A stretch of DNA of 64,000 nt from an uncultured virus (IMG/VR IMGVR_UViG_3300031884_000009) (taxonomy: Duplodnaviria; Heunggongvirae; Uroviricota; Caudoviricetes), in IMG/VR virus record IMGVR_UViG_3300031884_000009, one strand, 5' to 3'. Positions 44,486 through 54,565 of the stretch are shown piece after piece; the first letter of the stretch is position 1, and the number at the start of each line of letters is the position of its first letter. The translations under genes and the position numbers were made by a program. Below the pieces are notes generated by a model, which made no database searches, was not told the DNA's origin, and worked only from the letters and a program-made list of their open reading frames with translations.

Positions 44486-44831
44486 TACAGGTAGGGCTAT
44501 TATTACCAACCGTTTAAATGGCGGTGGTACTACTCCTCAATATGTAGGCTGGGGAACAGGTGCAGGTACTACTGGTGCTACTGATACAACATTATTTACT
44601 GAAGTACTTCCACGAGTTAGTGGTACAGTATCTCAGGTAACAACATCTTCTACAAATGACACATTCCAAGTTGTTGCAACACAAACTGCAGGTACGAGTG
44701 AGACAATCACAAATGCTGGTTTATTTGATGCAGCTACTTCTGGTAACTTATTTGTTAAGGGTGACTTTACAGGCATTCCTTTGAATACAAGCGATTCAAT
44801 TCAATTTACCTTCAAAGTACAGTTCAGTTAA
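44466..44831 (+). CDS. Small beta-rich virion protein
   Basis: GTG...A..TDT.L..E and IT.AGLFDAATSGNL motifs. Confidence 0.75.
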   Translation: MSTLLVNTGRAIITNRLNGGGTTPQYVGWGTGAGTTGATDTTLFTEVLPRVSGTVSQVTTSSTNDTFQVVATQTAGTSETITNAGLFDAATSGNLFVKGDFTGIPLNTSDSIQFTFKVQFS

Positions 44832-45667
44832 TGGGATTAAATGGTTCTAGTATAAATAGAGTTGCAGTTGATGCAAGCGATAACATTACGTTAACGCCTA
44901 CATTGACTGTTACTTCTACGAGTACTAGTACCATCCTTAAAAAGATTTCAAGAGTATTAAGTGTTATTGTTACGTCTTTAGCGACGTTGGTTAAATTACC
45001 AAATAAGCTTTTAGCTGTAACAGTTAATAGTCTTGTCACAATAGGTAAAGCTATTAGTAAGTTAATGACTACTGTTGTAGAGCATACTATTGTAGTGCTC
45101 AGCGACATAGCTATGCACCTTATAGCACTGTCTAAAACAGTAGTAAGTACCGTTACTATAGGTAGAAGTATAAGTCGTACTATGACGGTTTTAGTGACTT
45201 CTACAGCTATTGTACTTAAATCTATTACAAAAGCGTTGACAGTTCTTTCTAGCAGTTTAGTAAGTATTGGTAGAAGCGTTGGTAAGTTTATTAAAGTAAC
45301 AGTAACAAGTACAGCGACTTTAATCTACCATAACTTTATTTATAAGACTTTACAAGTTGTAGCAACGTCTACAGCCACAATAAACAAAGCTATAACTAAG
45401 TTATTAACCATAGTAGTCACCAATACAACAAGTCTTAAAAGGCTTATTGAAAAGCTTTTAAAAGTAAGTGTTACATCAATCCTACAGCTATTTCCAGCTA
45501 TTATTCAAAAGTTCGGAGCTGTAGCAAAGTTTACCTTCATTGTTGGGCCTAAACAGCTTACAGCAGTTATAGTTAAAGACAGGGATATTTTAGTCACAAA
45601 GGCTACAAATACTTTGACTTTTGTTAAAAATCGTGTTATAATAGCTTTTAAAGGATATCGTGGCTGA
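44831..45667 (+). CDS. Thr/Val/Lys-rich protein with ~18-aa periodic repeats
   Basis: Units such as ISRTMTVLVTSTAIVLKS / ITKALTVLSSSLVSIGRS / VGKFIKVTVTSTATLIYH. Confidence 0.7.
   Translation: MGLNGSSINRVAVDASDNITLTPTLTVTSTSTSTILKKISRVLSVIVTSLATLVKLPNKLLAVTVNSLVTIGKAISKLMTTVVEHTIVVLSDIAMHLIALSKTVVSTVTIGRSISRTMTVLVTSTAIVLKSITKALTVLSSSLVSIGRSVGKFIKVTVTSTATLIYHNFIYKTLQVVATSTATINKAITKLLTIVVTNTTSLKRLIEKLLKVSVTSILQLFPAIIQKFGAVAKFTFIVGPKQLTAVIVKDRDILVTKATNTLTFVKNRVIIAFKGYRG
45614..45642 (+). promoter_or_regulatory. Intragenic sigma70 promoter for the tail module
   Basis: TTGACT-17 nt-TATAAT with extended -10 TG, 18 nt before the 45660 start. Confidence 0.7.
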
Positions 45668-45971
45668 GTCATTTTCTTACAAGATTACCACTGAGAGTGA
45701 ACTATTCACTTTCGATTTTACGCAGGTTCTTGCTGCTAATGAGACTATTCTAACAGCAGTATGCACTGTTATAGTGATGAATGGTGTAGACCCTACTCCT
45801 TCTAGTATCCTACAGTCTACAGCTATTATTGTGAATAAGACTGCTTCTCAACGAGTAGTAGCAGGACTAGCTGAAGTAACTTATCGCCTAGAGATGACGA
45901 TTACGACTTCTCTAAGTAACACCTATGTGGGTGTTGGTGATTTAACTATCTACGATGCTTCTCAAGTTTAA
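45660..45971 (+). CDS. Virion structural protein (allele B)
   Basis: GTG start after AAGGA; near-identical to 1..284. Confidence 0.8.
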   Translation: MAESFSYKITTESELFTFDFTQVLAANETILTAVCTVIVMNGVDPTPSSILQSTAIIVNKTASQRVVAGLAEVTYRLEMTITTSLSNTYVGVGDLTIYDASQV

Positions 45972-45980
45972 GGATAACTC

Positions 45981-46259
45981 GTGAGCTACACTCCTCGTTA
46001 TGACCGTGGCGACTGGGCTTGCCTCTGTGATGCCTGTGGTCGTAAACTAAAAGCTTCAGACCTTCGCCAGAGATGGGATGGTCTTAAAGTATGTCCTGAA
46101 GACTGGGAACCACGTCAACCTCAAGACTTTGTTCGTGGCGTAGCAGACTACCAAGCACCTCCTTGGACAAGACCAGAACCACAAGACCAATTCATCACCG
46201 TATATAGTACTAATAGATTAGTCAACGGTTTTGTTATAAACACTATTACAGTAGGATAA
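45981..46259 (+). CDS. Small Cys-containing phage protein (allele B)
   Basis: Near-identical to 281..559. Confidence 0.75.
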   Translation: MSYTPRYDRGDWACLCDACGRKLKASDLRQRWDGLKVCPEDWEPRQPQDFVRGVADYQAPPWTRPEPQDQFITVYSTNRLVNGFVINTITVG

Positions 46260-46263
46260 TTCA

Positions 46264-48279
46264 ATGTCACGTCCTTTATTTACAAACAACGCTGCTACAG
46301 CACTCGCTAGAGCTATTACACCTACTGACACTATTCTGCAAGTTACTGCAGGAACAGGTCAACAATTTCCTTCGCCTTCTATTGGTGACTACTTCATGCT
46401 TACGTTGGTGCAAATCAACAATCCTGAAGTATCTGAAATTGTAGAATGTATTGAACGTGTTGGAGATATTCTTACTGTTGTTCGTGGTCAAGAAGGAACC
46501 TCACCTCAAACATTTAACCTTAGTGATAACGTAGAACTACGTATTACTGCAGGTAGCTTAAACTTATTTGCTATCGGTGGCGGAAGTGGTGGAAGTGCTT
46601 CTGGTACTTCTGTTGCTGACTTTACTGCTACTCAAGGTCAAACAGTATTTACATTACCTTTTTCATACACACAAGGTATTGACAACTTAGCTATCTTTAT
46701 TAACGGTAGTAAACAAGTAGTTAACGTAAACTACACAGAGTCTACTGCTACTACTTTTACAATGGCTTCTGGTTTAAATGCTGGAGATGTTGTACAAGCT
46801 ATTTACAACTTGCCTTTAGCTGGTGGAGTAATTAACTCTTCTAATGTTATTTACAACGAACAAGGTACTGGAGCAGTTAACCGTACTGTCCAAGATAAAC
46901 TTCAAGAGTCTGTATCTGTTAAAGACTTTGGTGCAATTGGTGATGGAGTAACTGACGATACTGCTGCTTTTCAAGCTGCTATTAACTCACTTCCTGCTGT
47001 CGGAGGAACAGTTATTATTCCTAACGGAGGTTGGTGGCGAATTGAAGGTACTTTAAACATTACTGTTTCTTGTACTATACAAGGCCAAGGCGTAAACAAT
47101 ATTACAAATTTAATTAAAACAACTTCTACAAATACTTCATTTTTTAATGTAACTGCTTCTGGTGTTTCGATACAAAATTTATGTATGACCTATAGCCTTA
47201 CAACTACTGATGGTTTATATGCTGTAGTTACGACTAATAACGCATCTGAGTTTAAAATGTATGATGTAACTATTTTTGGTGGTACTTGTGGAGTATTTTT
47301 ATCCTCTAATTATTTTAGGCTAGAAGATGTTAAAGTTAGAGATTATAAGCCGACAACAGGAATAGGTTTTACTGTAAATACTGTAGGAGTTGCTGATGGT
47401 ATTGGTGAATTACTTGGATGTATAACAATCACAGCAGGAGGCGCTTTTTCGCCTTTTGCAGGATTAAAAATAGTACAAGGTGTTGGGCTTACAATAACTG
47501 ATTGTCAATTTGCACAATCTGGGATTTCAATAGCTATGCTTCCGACATCTACTTCTGCTGTTACTAGCGTAGGAATATCTAATTGTTATTTAGATACTTC
47601 TAATAACGGTGCTTTATATATAGATAATTCTGCTGGTGGTTTAATTCAAAGAATACGAATAGAAAATTGTTGGTTATCTAGTGCTATAAATAGTGCAGGA
47701 ATTAGAGTAATTTCAGGTTCTTCAGTAGGAGGTTTAATATCTGATGGAAATGAGTTTTATCTTAATAATAATGGAATTGAAATAGATAATGGTGCAGTAG
47801 TTGCTGGTTTAATGGTAGATTCTTGTGTATTTTCTCAAAACACAACTGCAGACATTACTATAGGAACAGGAACTTCCCAGTTCTATGTTAATAACTGTTT
47901 TACAGGTGCTTGGGGAAATTTAACAGCAAGTCCTGTAGGTCTTTACATTAATTCTGGCTGTTCTAATTTTACAGTAATAGGAAATAGTTTACATAATTTT
48001 ACTGATTTATCTGGAAGTTCTTTTTCTGTAGTTGCTAATAATTTAGGAGTTGCTTCACATACAACAGGCTCAGTCACTTTAAGTTCTGGTACTTCTATTA
48101 CTGTTACACATGGTGCGTATAAAACACCAACAGCAGGTCAAATATCAGTAAATGCGCTTTCAGCTATAGGAACAACTGGAAATTTCTGGATTTCAAACAT
48201 TACTGCTACTACATTTAATATTAACATATCTGGAACAGGCTCTATTGTTTTTGGGTGGTCTGTAAATGTTGAACAATAA
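46264..48279 (+). CDS. Tailspike / receptor-binding protein 1B, pectate-lyase-like beta-helix
   Basis: N-terminal ~235 aa homologous to 564..2675; [20 protein letters not shown]; different C-terminal domain with no chaperone. Confidence 0.85.
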   Translation: MSRPLFTNNAATALARAITPTDTILQVTAGTGQQFPSPSIGDYFMLTLVQINNPEVSEIVECIERVGDILTVVRGQEGTSPQTFNLSDNVELRITAGSLNLFAIGGGSGGSASGTSVADFTATQGQTVFTLPFSYTQGIDNLAIFINGSKQVVNVNYTESTATTFTMASGLNAGDVVQAIYNLPLAGGVINSSNVIYNEQGTGAVNRTVQDKLQESVSVKDFGAIGDGVTDDTAAFQAAINSLPAVGGTVIIPNGGWWRIEGTLNITVSCTIQGQGVNNITNLIKTTSTNTSFFNVTASGVSIQNLCMTYSLTTTDGLYAVVTTNNASEFKMYDVTIFGGTCGVFLSSNYFRLEDVKVRDYKPTTGIGFTVNTVGVADGIGELLGCITITAGGAFSPFAGLKIVQGVGLTITDCQFAQSGISIAMLPTSTSAVTSVGISNCYLDTSNNGALYIDNSAGGLIQRIRIENCWLSSAINSAGIRVISGSSVGGLISDGNEFYLNNNGIEIDNGAVVAGLMVDSCVFSQNTTADITIGTGTSQFYVNNCFTGAWGNLTASPVGLYINSGCSNFTVIGNSLHNFTDLSGSSFSVVANNLGVASHTTGSVTLSSGTSITVTHGAYKTPTAGQISVNALSAIGTTGNFWISNITATTFNINISGTGSIVFGWSVNVEQ

Positions 48280-48280
48280 T

Positions 48281-48373
48281 ATGTGGAGACATTACTGCCC
48301 TATTGAAAAAGAATGGATTGAAGTTGGTAAGGGTCATTCTTGTAATTGGTGTGATACGAAAGAATCTAATTAA
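48281..48373 (+). CDS. 30-aa HxC/CxxC mini-protein (not in track)
   Basis: MWRHYCPIEKEWIEVGKGHSCNWCDTKESN; fills the intergenic gap exactly, and its stop overlaps the next ATG. Confidence 0.55.
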   Translation: MWRHYCPIEKEWIEVGKGHSCNWCDTKESN

Positions 48374-51300
48374 TGCCTAATATGTTATTCGCAAACAATT
48401 GTAATACTACTTTAGCTAGTAGTCTTACTAACGTAGCTACAACTTTGTCGGTTACGTCTGCGACAGGCTTTCCTACTCCTACAGGCTCACAGTATTTTTA
48501 TTGCACATTAGCTGATGCAGCTACTCAGCTTGTTATCGAGATTGTTAAAGTAACTAACGTAACAGGAACTACATTTACTATTGTTCGTGGACAAGACGGT
48601 ACTACAGGAACTGCGTTTAATGCTGGTGATGTAGTATCTCTTCGTTTAGTTCGTGCAAGTCTTAACGACTTTCCTAAGTTAGATGAAACCAATACTTACA
48701 CAGGCTCACAAGTATTAGCTGCTTCTACTTCATCTTTAGTACCTTTAAATATCCCAGTAGGTACTGTTCCAACAAGCCCTGCTACAGGTTCTATTTGGTC
48801 TGAAGCTGAAGGTCTTTACTACCAAAATAGCACTTATGTCACAGAGTTAGATATTGGTGATAATGCTGCTGGTGTATTGACACAACCTACTATTACTGTT
48901 ACAGGTAGCGGAGCAACTATTAACGTTACTTCAATTGAAGCTGTTTTGTATTCACAAGTAGGATGGGTAGGTGATTTAAAGAAGTATGTAATCCCCGCAG
49001 CAACAGGATTATCTCTTACAGACCAATCAGCTAACTATTTAGTTGTTAGTTATAATTCAGGAAGTCCTGTTTACTCTATAACTACTAACGTATCTACTAT
49101 TGATAACTCTAGTGTTGTAGGTGCTGCTTTGTTGTGGCGTAACGGTACTCAAGTACACTTTCAGCCAATTGATTGGGGCCGTTCAACAGCATCTCGTCTC
49201 AACCGTCGTTTAGTACAGACTAATCGTTACCAATGGGCTTCGGGGCTTTCTCTTGGAGAGTCTACAGGTCGTATTATTACTTGTACTGCTGGTGTAGTTT
49301 GGTATGGTGTTACATCATATAGTGAATTAATTACTGATTCATCTTCCTCTAATGCAGAATTTTGGTATCACGTATCTGGTGTGTGGACAATGTCTACAGT
49401 ATCTACATACAACAATACTCAATATGATAATGGTACAAACTTAGTAACATTAAACGGTCCTGGTGGTAAATACGCAGTTAACTGGGTATACCGTTATTTA
49501 GATGGTTCAGGGCTTCCTAAATTAGCTTATATAATGGGAAGTGGTAACTACTCACTGGCTCAAGCTGTAGCATCTACTGTTCCTACGCCTCCTCCTATTT
49601 TGTCAACAATGGCAATTTTAGTAGGTCGTATTATTGTATTACAAAACGCTACTACAGCAACTCAGATTGATTCTGCATTTACTCAAGTATTTTCAGGCAC
49701 TACTGTAACTAACCATAATGACCTCGCTAACATTCAAGGTGGCGATGCTACTCCTAACTATTATCATTTGTCACAAACAGATTACACAGGCAACGGTACA
49801 GGTACTTTAGTTAGAACAACAAGACCAACAATGTCTGTAACTGGTAGTGGTTTTACTTTCCAAGATGCTACCGATAACACTAAACAAGCCAATTTTGTAT
49901 TAAGTGGTTTAACTACTGCTACCAACTATACCTACGCTTTACCAGCATTATCAGGTTCTACATTAGCTGTATTAGGGAACACTCCACAACTTTTTTCAGG
50001 CACTGTTCAATTTGGCAATAATATAACAACTTCAAACGGTACTATTACTTTTGGAAGCACATCAGGAACATCTACTTTAATTTTTGGACAATCTACAGTA
50101 AGTCAAACAATCAATATCCAAGCTGGAGCAACTGCTTCAGGTAGTACAAAAACAATCAATATTGCAACAGGCGGTCTTACTGGTTCTACAACTGCACTAG
50201 CAATTGGCTCTACTTTTGGCACTACTGTAACAGCTAACGGTACGTGGACACACACAGACGCATTGACTTTAAATACTGCTTTAACTGTCCCTAACGGAGG
50301 AACAGGATTAACCACTCTTACTGCTAATTACATTCCTTACGGAAATGGGACAGGGGCTTTTAGTTCTAGTACTAATTTAACTTTTAATGGTACAACTTTA
50401 ACTACTACTGGAATATCTACAAGTAATAATTTAACCTTTACTGGCACTAGTAACCGTATTACTGGCGATATGAGTAATGCGACTATCGCAAGTCGTGTAG
50501 CATTTCAAACAAGTACCGTCAATGGACAAACTACATTTTTTATTATTCCAAATGGAACATCGACTAATGCTGGCTTAAGCGCATTATCAGATTCAGCAGC
50601 AACAAATGGTTCAGAAGTACAAATGATAGTTGTTGGTGGTTCAGACTCACGGATTTCTTCTCAGATTCGTGGTACTGGTACATACCTCCCACTAACAATG
50701 TATACAGGAGGTAGTGAAAGACTTCGTTTGTTTACTTCTGGCGGTTTTTCTATTGGTAACACTACAGACCCAGGAGCAACTAACTTATCTGTAACAGGTA
50801 AAATAGGTATTGGAGGGTCTCCCTCTTACCCATTAGACGTAATAACTTCAACTGCTGATGTGAGATTTTTCTCAACAACTGGTACAAATTTAGCACGATT
50901 AAATATCGGTAATACAGGAGGAAGTTTTCAGTTTGCTATTGATAATTCTACTGGTAGTAACTTTGGACTTGGAGGATACTCAAGAGTATTATGGAATGAT
51001 GGAGCTTATCCAACAATATTTACAACCAACTCTGTTCAAAGAATGCAAATTGGAGCAACAGGTGGTGTTTCTATTGGGAATACATTTGACCCTGGGGCGA
51101 CTAACTTATCAGTAACTGGTCAAACAACATTAGGGACTGGTCTTGCTTTTGGGACAGGTCTTTTAACTCTTAGAGCAGATGCTGGAGCATCTACTGTACC
51201 GTCCATAACAATAGATGAGTATGGTTCAACATTAGGTAGTATTAGTTTTAGAAGAGCGGGAGGAACTATTGCTTCTCCTACTGCAACAACAACTACCTCC

Positions 51301-51753
51301 ATTATTAGCATAATAGGCGCAACTACTGGTGATGGGACCACTTATGCTAATACAGTAGCTATACAAAGCCTTTTAGAAACATTAGCAACTCCTACAAGTC
51401 AACCTACAGCACTTACTTTTTCTGTTACTCCTTCAGGCTCTACATCAAGAGTTGAAGTAGTACGTTTTAGGTCTACAGGCGCAGTAGCTTTTAATGGTGC
51501 TACAAACTATGGTTCTAGTGGTCAACTTCTACAATCAAATGGTAATGCTCCTCCTACCTATGTAAGCTCTATTGCTTTAAGTGGTACTATTAATACAGGC
51601 GGGTATACTGTAGCTACTCTGCCTACAGGAGTAACAGGCGCAAGAGCTTATGTGACTAATGCTTTGGCTCCTGTATTTGGTGCTACAGTAGCTGGTGGAG
51701 GTGCAGTAACAATTCCAGTATTTTATAACGGAACCAACTGGATTGTTGGTTAA
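48373..51753 (+). CDS. Long tail fibre protein 2B
   Basis: Shares ~470 N-terminal aa and the last ~50 aa with 2685..4922; extra middle modules. Confidence 0.8.
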   Translation: MPNMLFANNCNTTLASSLTNVATTLSVTSATGFPTPTGSQYFYCTLADAATQLVIEIVKVTNVTGTTFTIVRGQDGTTGTAFNAGDVVSLRLVRASLNDFPKLDETNTYTGSQVLAASTSSLVPLNIPVGTVPTSPATGSIWSEAEGLYYQNSTYVTELDIGDNAAGVLTQPTITVTGSGATINVTSIEAVLYSQVGWVGDLKKYVIPAATGLSLTDQSANYLVVSYNSGSPVYSITTNVSTIDNSSVVGAALLWRNGTQVHFQPIDWGRSTASRLNRRLVQTNRYQWASGLSLGESTGRIITCTAGVVWYGVTSYSELITDSSSSNAEFWYHVSGVWTMSTVSTYNNTQYDNGTNLVTLNGPGGKYAVNWVYRYLDGSGLPKLAYIMGSGNYSLAQAVASTVPTPPPILSTMAILVGRIIVLQNATTATQIDSAFTQVFSGTTVTNHNDLANIQGGDATPNYYHLSQTDYTGNGTGTLVRTTRPTMSVTGSGFTFQDATDNTKQANFVLSGLTTATNYTYALPALSGSTLAVLGNTPQLFSGTVQFGNNITTSNGTITFGSTSGTSTLIFGQSTVSQTINIQAGATASGSTKTINIATGGLTGSTTALAIGSTFGTTVTANGTWTHTDALTLNTALTVPNGGTGLTTLTANYIPYGNGTGAFSSSTNLTFNGTTLTTTGISTSNNLTFTGTSNRITGDMSNATIASRVAFQTSTVNGQTTFFIIPNGTSTNAGLSALSDSAATNGSEVQMIVVGGSDSRISSQIRGTGTYLPLTMYTGGSERLRLFTSGGFSIGNTTDPGATNLSVTGKIGIGGSPSYPLDVITSTADVRFFSTTGTNLARLNIGNTGGSFQFAIDNSTGSNFGLGGYSRVLWNDGAYPTIFTTNSVQRMQIGATGGVSIGNTFDPGATNLSVTGQTTLGTGLAFGTGLLTLRADAGASTVPSITIDEYGSTLGSISFRRAGGTIASPTATTTTSIISIIGATTGDGTTYANTVAIQSLLETLATPTSQPTALTFSVTPSGSTSRVEVVRFRSTGAVAFNGATNYGSSGQLLQSNGNAPPTYVSSIALSGTINTGGYTVATLPTGVTGARAYVTNALAPVFGATVAGGGAVTIPVFYNGTNWIVG

Positions 51754-51767
51754 TAAAAGGTTTAAAC

Positions 51768-53420
51768 ATGACAACACTAATTCCAAAATTTGAACAACCC
51801 TTTACAGGTGCTGTTAATCTACCAATAAACCAAAAGCTACAGCAAACTCTTAATATTTTAGATTTTGGTGCTGACCCTACTGGTGCTACAGACAGCACAG
51901 CAGCGATTCAAAATGCTATTACTGCTGCTGGCATTGGAGGAACAATTAATTTTCCTACAGGGACATTTTTAGTTTCTGCTACATTAAATGGTTTAGTAAA
52001 TCAACAATTTATCGGTGCTGGTGTTAACAATACTATTATTCGACGTTTTGGTAATTATGGAGATACTCTTCATTTTACAAACGCAGGAGCTGCTTTAATT
52101 ACTGGTTTTTGGTTTTGGCACGGCGACTTACCAGCAGTAGGTTTTACATCTTTAGATTACCTTGCTACATCAGGTGCTCACATTAACTTTGGAAATGCAC
52201 AATCGGCTATTATTGAAGAATGCTGGATGTGGCGTTTACCTTTTGGTATTAATATTCAACAAGGTTCAATAATTAAAATTAATAAATGTAATATACAAGG
52301 ATGCTGGAATACTTTTGCAACCTCAGCAGCTCAAGAAGGTGTTTCTTGTATTTACATTGGTTCTACTGCTTATACTCAATTAGTTGAAATTACAAATTGT
52401 TATCTTGGTGGTTCTAATGCTGGTCCTCAAACTGTTACTATTACAACTACGGATAAAGGAGCACAATCCTATACAATACCTGGTGCAAATGCAGGGTCAC
52501 AGCAAGGAATACGTGTAAATACTTGTGAAGGTCTTTTAATTGATAGTTGTTATATTGGAGGTAATTCTTATAATAATATTTTTTTAAACCCTAATGCAAT
52601 TTTATCTCAAGTAAGAATAACTAATAACTTTTTTGATGGTGCTTCATATCAATCTCCTGGTATATTAATCCAACCTCAATCAGACGGCCAATATGCAATA
52701 ATGGTTAATATTTCAAATAATTGCTTTAACGTAGAGATATTTGGATATCAAGCTATAGGTTCTTATAATCCTTATGGTATTCAACCAACGTTTACTGATT
52801 TTAATATTGCTGGTAATATTATTTCAAATACTCTCGGAAGTGGTATATTTTTAAGACATATACAAGGGGGTGTTATTTCAGATAATACTATTACTGCTTA
52901 TAATACTGGAAATTTAACAGCAGGAGGAGACCCTAGTTATTCTTGTGGTATTTATGTAGATAACTCATCTGGTACATATATATCAAATAACTTAGTAGGC
53001 GGTGCAATTAATTCATCGAATCCTTCAGGAAGCTATTGTTATCAAGGTATTATTATTAGCGGTACAAATAATGAAGTAGACGCTAAAAATAATTATTTTA
53101 ATGGTGTAGGTACTTCTGCATTAAATGTAGGTCGTGTTGATAAAGCTACTGTTATTAAAACTGCTAATTACACCATGACTGGAGCAGAAGATTTAGTAAT
53201 CATTACCAACCAAGGAAGTACTTCTATCCAAGTTACTCCTCCTTCTAACGTGCCTCCTGGTTATACTTTTACTATTAAAGATGGTAACGGGACTGCTGGT
53301 ACATATCCTATTCAACTTGTAGCAACAGCAGATAATGTTCTTAATCCTGTATATAGTACCAACTATGTTACAAAGACATTTACTTGGAACGGTACTCAGT
53401 GGAACGTGACTGGAAATTAA
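51768..53420 (+). CDS. Tailspike / receptor-binding protein 3B, beta-helix depolymerase-like
   Basis: NILDFGADPTGATDSTAAIQ motif; Asn/Gly-rich beta-helix rungs. Confidence 0.8.
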   Translation: MTTLIPKFEQPFTGAVNLPINQKLQQTLNILDFGADPTGATDSTAAIQNAITAAGIGGTINFPTGTFLVSATLNGLVNQQFIGAGVNNTIIRRFGNYGDTLHFTNAGAALITGFWFWHGDLPAVGFTSLDYLATSGAHINFGNAQSAIIEECWMWRLPFGINIQQGSIIKINKCNIQGCWNTFATSAAQEGVSCIYIGSTAYTQLVEITNCYLGGSNAGPQTVTITTTDKGAQSYTIPGANAGSQQGIRVNTCEGLLIDSCYIGGNSYNNIFLNPNAILSQVRITNNFFDGASYQSPGILIQPQSDGQYAIMVNISNNCFNVEIFGYQAIGSYNPYGIQPTFTDFNIAGNIISNTLGSGIFLRHIQGGVISDNTITAYNTGNLTAGGDPSYSCGIYVDNSSGTYISNNLVGGAINSSNPSGSYCYQGIIISGTNNEVDAKNNYFNGVGTSALNVGRVDKATVIKTANYTMTGAEDLVIITNQGSTSIQVTPPSNVPPGYTFTIKDGNGTAGTYPIQLVATADNVLNPVYSTNYVTKTFTWNGTQWNVTGN

Positions 53421-53431
53421 AAGGAAATAAT

Positions 53432-53581
53432 ATGAAAACATTTACATTAGAAGATAACGAAGCAGCATTCATCATCCGTGTAGTAGGACAACTACCTACA
53501 GAGTCAGGTGCTTATCCTTTGCTGCAAAAACTCCAACAACAAGTTGCTTTAGTAACTCCTCCTTTAGAACCACAAGAATAA
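53432..53581 (+). CDS. Small tail-fibre-associated protein
   Basis: AAGGA RBS before MKTFTLE; absent from allele A. Confidence 0.55.
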   Translation: MKTFTLEDNEAAFIIRVVGQLPTESGAYPLLQKLQQQVALVTPPLEPQE

Positions 53582-53585
53582 CATC

Positions 53586-53813
53586 ATGTCAGACCAACTA
53601 GAGACCCGTGTAGTACGCCTTGAAGTCACCCAAGCTAATCACGCTGAAGACATCAAAGAACTTCGTGAAACAACTATTGACTTAACCTCTACTATGCACT
53701 CCATTGAAAAGAATTTATCTCAGATTAAATGGCTTGCAATCGGTGCTCTAGCTGTCATTATCGCACAAACCATCGGCATTGATAAAGCCATTAAAGTCCT
53801 TTTAGGAAGCTAA
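53586..53813 (+). CDS. Coiled-coil plus TM protein (allele B)
   Basis: Allele of 5250..5477. Confidence 0.6.
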   Translation: MSDQLETRVVRLEVTQANHAEDIKELRETTIDLTSTMHSIEKNLSQIKWLAIGALAVIIAQTIGIDKAIKVLLGS

Positions 53814-53814
53814 T

Positions 53815-54564
53815 ATGTCATCTGTTTTTAGCGTTACTCGTGACCAAATAATATCTCTGGCCTTGAGGAAATTGGGAGTGCTTGAGCTTGGTTCTACTCC
53901 TGATTCAGAGACTGTGGCTAATGCTTCTTTAGCTTTGAATCTCTTTGTTAAGCAGATGCAGACTGAAGGTCTAAAGCTATGGACAGTCAACCAATTAGTC
54001 CTTCCTTTAGTTAACGGACAGACTCAGTACTCTATTGGTCCTATCTCACAGAATCCTACAGTAGACTTAGATGCTGACAAGCCTTTGAAGGTTATTCAGG
54101 CTTGGTTACGTCAGACTACTGTAACACCTCCTATTGATACCCCTGTTCAGCTCCTTAGCCAACAAGAGTATAAGACATTAGGTTCTAAGTTTAGCACTGG
54201 TGTAGCTAACTCTATTTACTATGAGATTCGTCAGAACACAGGTAATATGTATGTTTACTTGACTCCTGACTACAATGCTGCTCTACAATATGACTTGTAC
54301 TTCATGGCTCAACAGCCTATTCAAGACATTAACTACGGTTCTTCAGTACCTAACTTTCCTGTGGAGTGGTTTAATACACTTGTTTGGAACTTAGCTGACC
54401 AGCTCGCTATTGAATACTCTTTACCTGCAGGGCATCGTCAAGAGATAGCAATGAGAGCTAAATCATACCGTGAAGAGCTTACAGACTGGGACGTGGAATC
54501 TGTATCTACATTCTTCCAAGCTGACCTTCGTATGGCTAACGTAACCTTCGGACAACCTAACTAA
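53815..54564 (+). CDS. Head-tail adaptor-like protein (allele B)
   Basis: Allele of 6062..6811. Confidence 0.65.
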   Translation: MSSVFSVTRDQIISLALRKLGVLELGSTPDSETVANASLALNLFVKQMQTEGLKLWTVNQLVLPLVNGQTQYSIGPISQNPTVDLDADKPLKVIQAWLRQTTVTPPIDTPVQLLSQQEYKTLGSKFSTGVANSIYYEIRQNTGNMYVYLTPDYNAALQYDLYFMAQQPIQDINYGSSVPNFPVEWFNTLVWNLADQLAIEYSLPAGHRQEIAMRAKSYREELTDWDVESVSTFFQADLRMANVTFGQPN

Positions 54565-54565
54565 T

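Noticed and set aside
45688..45799. 112-bp identity with the window start as a biological terminal repeat
   Set aside because: It lies inside a structural gene and continues as diverged homology. It is better explained as allele identity or an assembly overlap; real termini more likely lie near 32.4-33.0 kb.
564..53420. Diversity-generating retroelement or invertase-driven tail switching
   Set aside because: No reverse transcriptase or site-specific recombinase is visible, allele differences are not adenine-specific, and the copies are in direct orientation.
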